NCBI RefSeq assembly: GCF_963921235.1
Contig: NC_086097.1
Span: 104,348,001-104,412,000 of the forward strand
Reading direction: 5' to 3'
DNA: 64,000 bases
From: Mobula hypostoma
Lineage: Eukaryota
The translations under genes and the position numbers were made by a program. Positions 61,651-64,000 of this stretch are shown here, piece after piece. The notes beneath the pieces are model-generated. The model was given only the letters and a program-made list of their open reading frames with translations, ran no database searches and had not been told where the DNA came from. Positions within the stretch are counted from its first letter, which is position 1, and each line of letters starts with the position of its first letter.

Positions 61651-62304
61651 GTCAGGAGTAGGAGCAGGCAGTGAGGTGGACTACCCTAGCCTGTGTCCAT
61701 CACCATGAGAGGTCAAGGAATGAGAATTCCCAGGATCCAGTGCAATGTTGTAGGTCTTCACGGGGTCTCTGCACATTCTTGTCTCCTTTCCGTGATCTCC
61801 TACCCTTACGGAGGCTAATGAGAATGAGGAGGCACTTGGGCTGGGGTATCCATGCTTGTTCACATCCTGCCAGGGAACCTAGCCTGGGGCACAGAAAGCT
61901 GCCCTACCAAACATGGCAGAGCCTCTGCATGGGTTACGTTGGCTGGGGAGAGTCAGACCACTTGGTGAATTCTACCTGAAGGAGTGATGGGACTAGAGTG
62001 TAGATTAATAATCAGCAATATTTACAGCATGTAACTATTAGTAATTACACTATCTAAGACAGCACCCCAATATCTTAGCCCCGTCCCTCCCTCTTCCCCA
62101 TACATCACTCAGTACCTCCAGATACCCTTACTAAGCTCCATACATCAACCCCACATTTCCCTCCCGTTGTGTCATGGTGCTCAGTGAGAGCTGATTGGAT
62201 CACTGTTCAGGAACAATTCCCCAGGGTGTGGGCCACCAGGACAGGACAATCTTCCCCAGTGTGGGGTTCAGTGTGCTTGCCCTAGACCGCCTGTCCCAGT
62301 TTAC

Positions 62305-62413
62305 CTGGTCCATCGCACGTGCGCTCGGTTGTCAGACACCACACAGGAAAGCTCGGCGCGTCCTCCCAAGGTCACATCCAAATTCCGTGGAGGCTCAGTA
62401 ATCTCCAGTTCAC
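62305..62413 (-). CDS. PAPLN: Papilin exon, N-terminal half of last Ig domain
   Basis: Minus strand: TACTAAC branch point, ctctgtcttggtcAG acceptor, AG|GTaaac donor; 109 nt, phase 1-2. GELEITEPPRNLDVTLGGRAELSCVVSDNRAHVRWTR (Ig Cys and Trp present). Confidence 0.93.
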
Positions 62414-62433
62414 CTGACCAAGACAGAGGTTGT

Positions 62434-62440
62434 GTTAGTA
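62434..62440 (-). promoter_or_regulatory. Consensus branch point TACTAAC
   Basis: Exact TACTAAC on the minus strand about 20 nt upstream of the PAPLN acceptor at 62415-62414. Confidence 0.8.
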
Positions 62441-62547
62441 CCTCTGGAACCGCAGTTCAGAACCCCAACCACCCCTGCTCATCCACAGGAAAGAATACAC
62501 GCTGGTGTGCCCAGCAGCTTAAAGGCTGGTGGCAGATGGAACAGGAA

Positions 62548-64000
62548 CACCGGCAGCAGCAGGAATGGGAACGGCAGAGCGATGAATTCCATCGCCGGAA
62601 CAGCGACAGCAATGGGAACGGCAGTGCGATGAGTTCCATCGCCGGAACAGCGACAGGAATGGGAACGGCAGTGCGATTAGCTCCATCACTGGAACAACGA
62701 GAGGGAGGAATGGGAACGGCAGTGCGATGAGTTCCATCGCCGGAACAGCGACAGGAATGGGAATGGCAGTGTGATGAGCTCCATCGCTGGAACAGCGAGA
62801 GGGGGGAATCGGAACGGTAGTGCGACGAGATCCATCGCCAGAACAGCGACAGGAATGGGAACGTCAGTGCGATGAGCTCCATCGCCGGAACAGCGACAGG
62901 AATGGGAACAGCAGTGCGATTAGCTCCATCACTGGAACAGCGACAGGAATGGGAACGGCAGTGCGATGAGTTCCATCGCCAGAACAGCGACAGGAATGGG
63001 AACGGCAGTGCGATGAATTCCATCGCCGGAACAGCAACAGGAATGGGAACAGCAGTGCGATGTGCTCCATCGCCGGAACAACGACAGGAATGGGAACGGC
63101 AGTGCAATCAGCTCCATCGCCGGAACAGTGACAGCGGGGAATGGGAACGGCAGTGCGACGAGTTCCATCGCTGGAACAGCGACAGGGGTAATGGGAACGG
63201 GAGTGCGATGTGTTCCATCGCCGGAACAGAGATAAGAAGGAATGGAAACGGCAGTGCGACGAATTCCATCGCCGGAACAGCGATAGGAGGGAATGGGATC
63301 GGCAGTGCGATGAGTTCCATCGCCGGAACAGCAACAGGAATGGGAACGGCAGTGCGATGAGCTCCATCGCCGGAACAGCAACAGGAATGGGAACAGCAGT
63401 GCGATGTGCTCCATCGCCGGAACGACGACAGGAATGGGAACGGCAGTGCAATCAGCTCCATCGCCGGAACAGTGACAGCGGGGAATGGGAACGGCAGTGC
63501 GACGAGTTCCATCGCTGGAACAGCGACAGGGGTAATGGGAACGGGAGTGCGATGTGTTCCATCGCCGGAACAGAGATAAGAAGGAATGGAAACGGCAGTG
63601 CGACGAATTCCATCGCCGGAACAGCGATAGGAGGGAATGGGATCGGCAGTGCGATGAGTTCCATCGCCGGAACAGCGACAGGAATGTGAATGGCAGTGCG
63701 ATGAGTTCCATCGCCGGAACAGCGACAGGAATGGGAACGGCAGTGCGATGAGTTCCATCGCCGGAACAGCGACAGGAATGGGAACGGCAGCGCGACGAGT
63801 TCCATCGCCGGAACAGCGATAGGAGGGAATGGGATCGGCACTGCGATGAGTTCCATCGCCGGAACAGCGACAGGAATGTGAATGGCAGTGCGATGAGTTC
63901 CATCGCCGGAACAGCGACAGGAATGTGAATGGCAGTGCGATGAGTTCCATCGCCGGAACAGCAACAGGAATGGGAACGGCAGTGCGATGAGTTCCATCGC
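62548..64000. repeat. CpG-rich ~47-bp minisatellite in a PAPLN intron, runs off the window end
   Basis: Unit cggaacagcgacaggaatgggaacggcagtgcgatgagttccatcgc, about 30 copies with some slightly longer variants. Confidence 0.97.

Noticed and set aside
61860..61980. Possible extra PAPLN exon after a ccttcAG acceptor
   Set aside because: The frames I read hit stops quickly, there is no Ig similarity, and the flanking exons already join in phase.
62457..63997. Long repetitive ORFs in several frames
   Set aside because: By-products of a stop-poor tandem repeat whose unit is not a multiple of 3.
62548..64000. CRISPR array (palindromic repeats at regular spacing)
   Set aside because: No unique spacers; the whole unit repeats; no cas genes; vertebrate intron.

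Overview
This is vertebrate genomic DNA, not prokaryotic. The CR1-dominated repeat content, V-SINE/HE1-like SINEs and Penelope-like elements point to a cartilaginous fish, probably a ray (inference). Two spliced genes converge tail-to-tail, as in the conserved NUMB-PAPLN neighbourhood. On the + strand are the last four coding exons of NUMB (9028-9309, 27370-27531, 27626-27757 = alternative PRR-insert exon, 36877-37508) and an AU-rich 3'UTR. On the - strand are the last three coding exons of papilin (62413-62305, 56012-55852, 55090-54912; final Ig domain and PLAC domain). Only two of these seven exons are represented in the supplied ORF track; I read all of them by hand with splice sites and phases. 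Most of the rest is heavily nested transposons: several CR1 subfamilies, an L1, Rex1/Babar, Penelope-like elements, V-SINEs, a Gypsy-type solo LTR, Tc1/mariner/hAT remnants and two minisatellites. I found no convincing wholly new biological system. The best leads are (i) minimal hammerhead ribozyme motifs on Penelope termini, one inserted as a ~100-bp stand-alone unit; (ii) a long inverted CR1 pair bracketing two frame-symmetric NUMB exons (possible circRNA, exon skipping or ADAR substrate); (iii) a 94-nt intron before the NUMB alternative exon and a DPF-to-DAF change; (iv) a CR1 with a duplicated promoter monomer and a deleted RT motif; and (v) several informative insertion junctions. Boundaries of decayed repeats are approximate.
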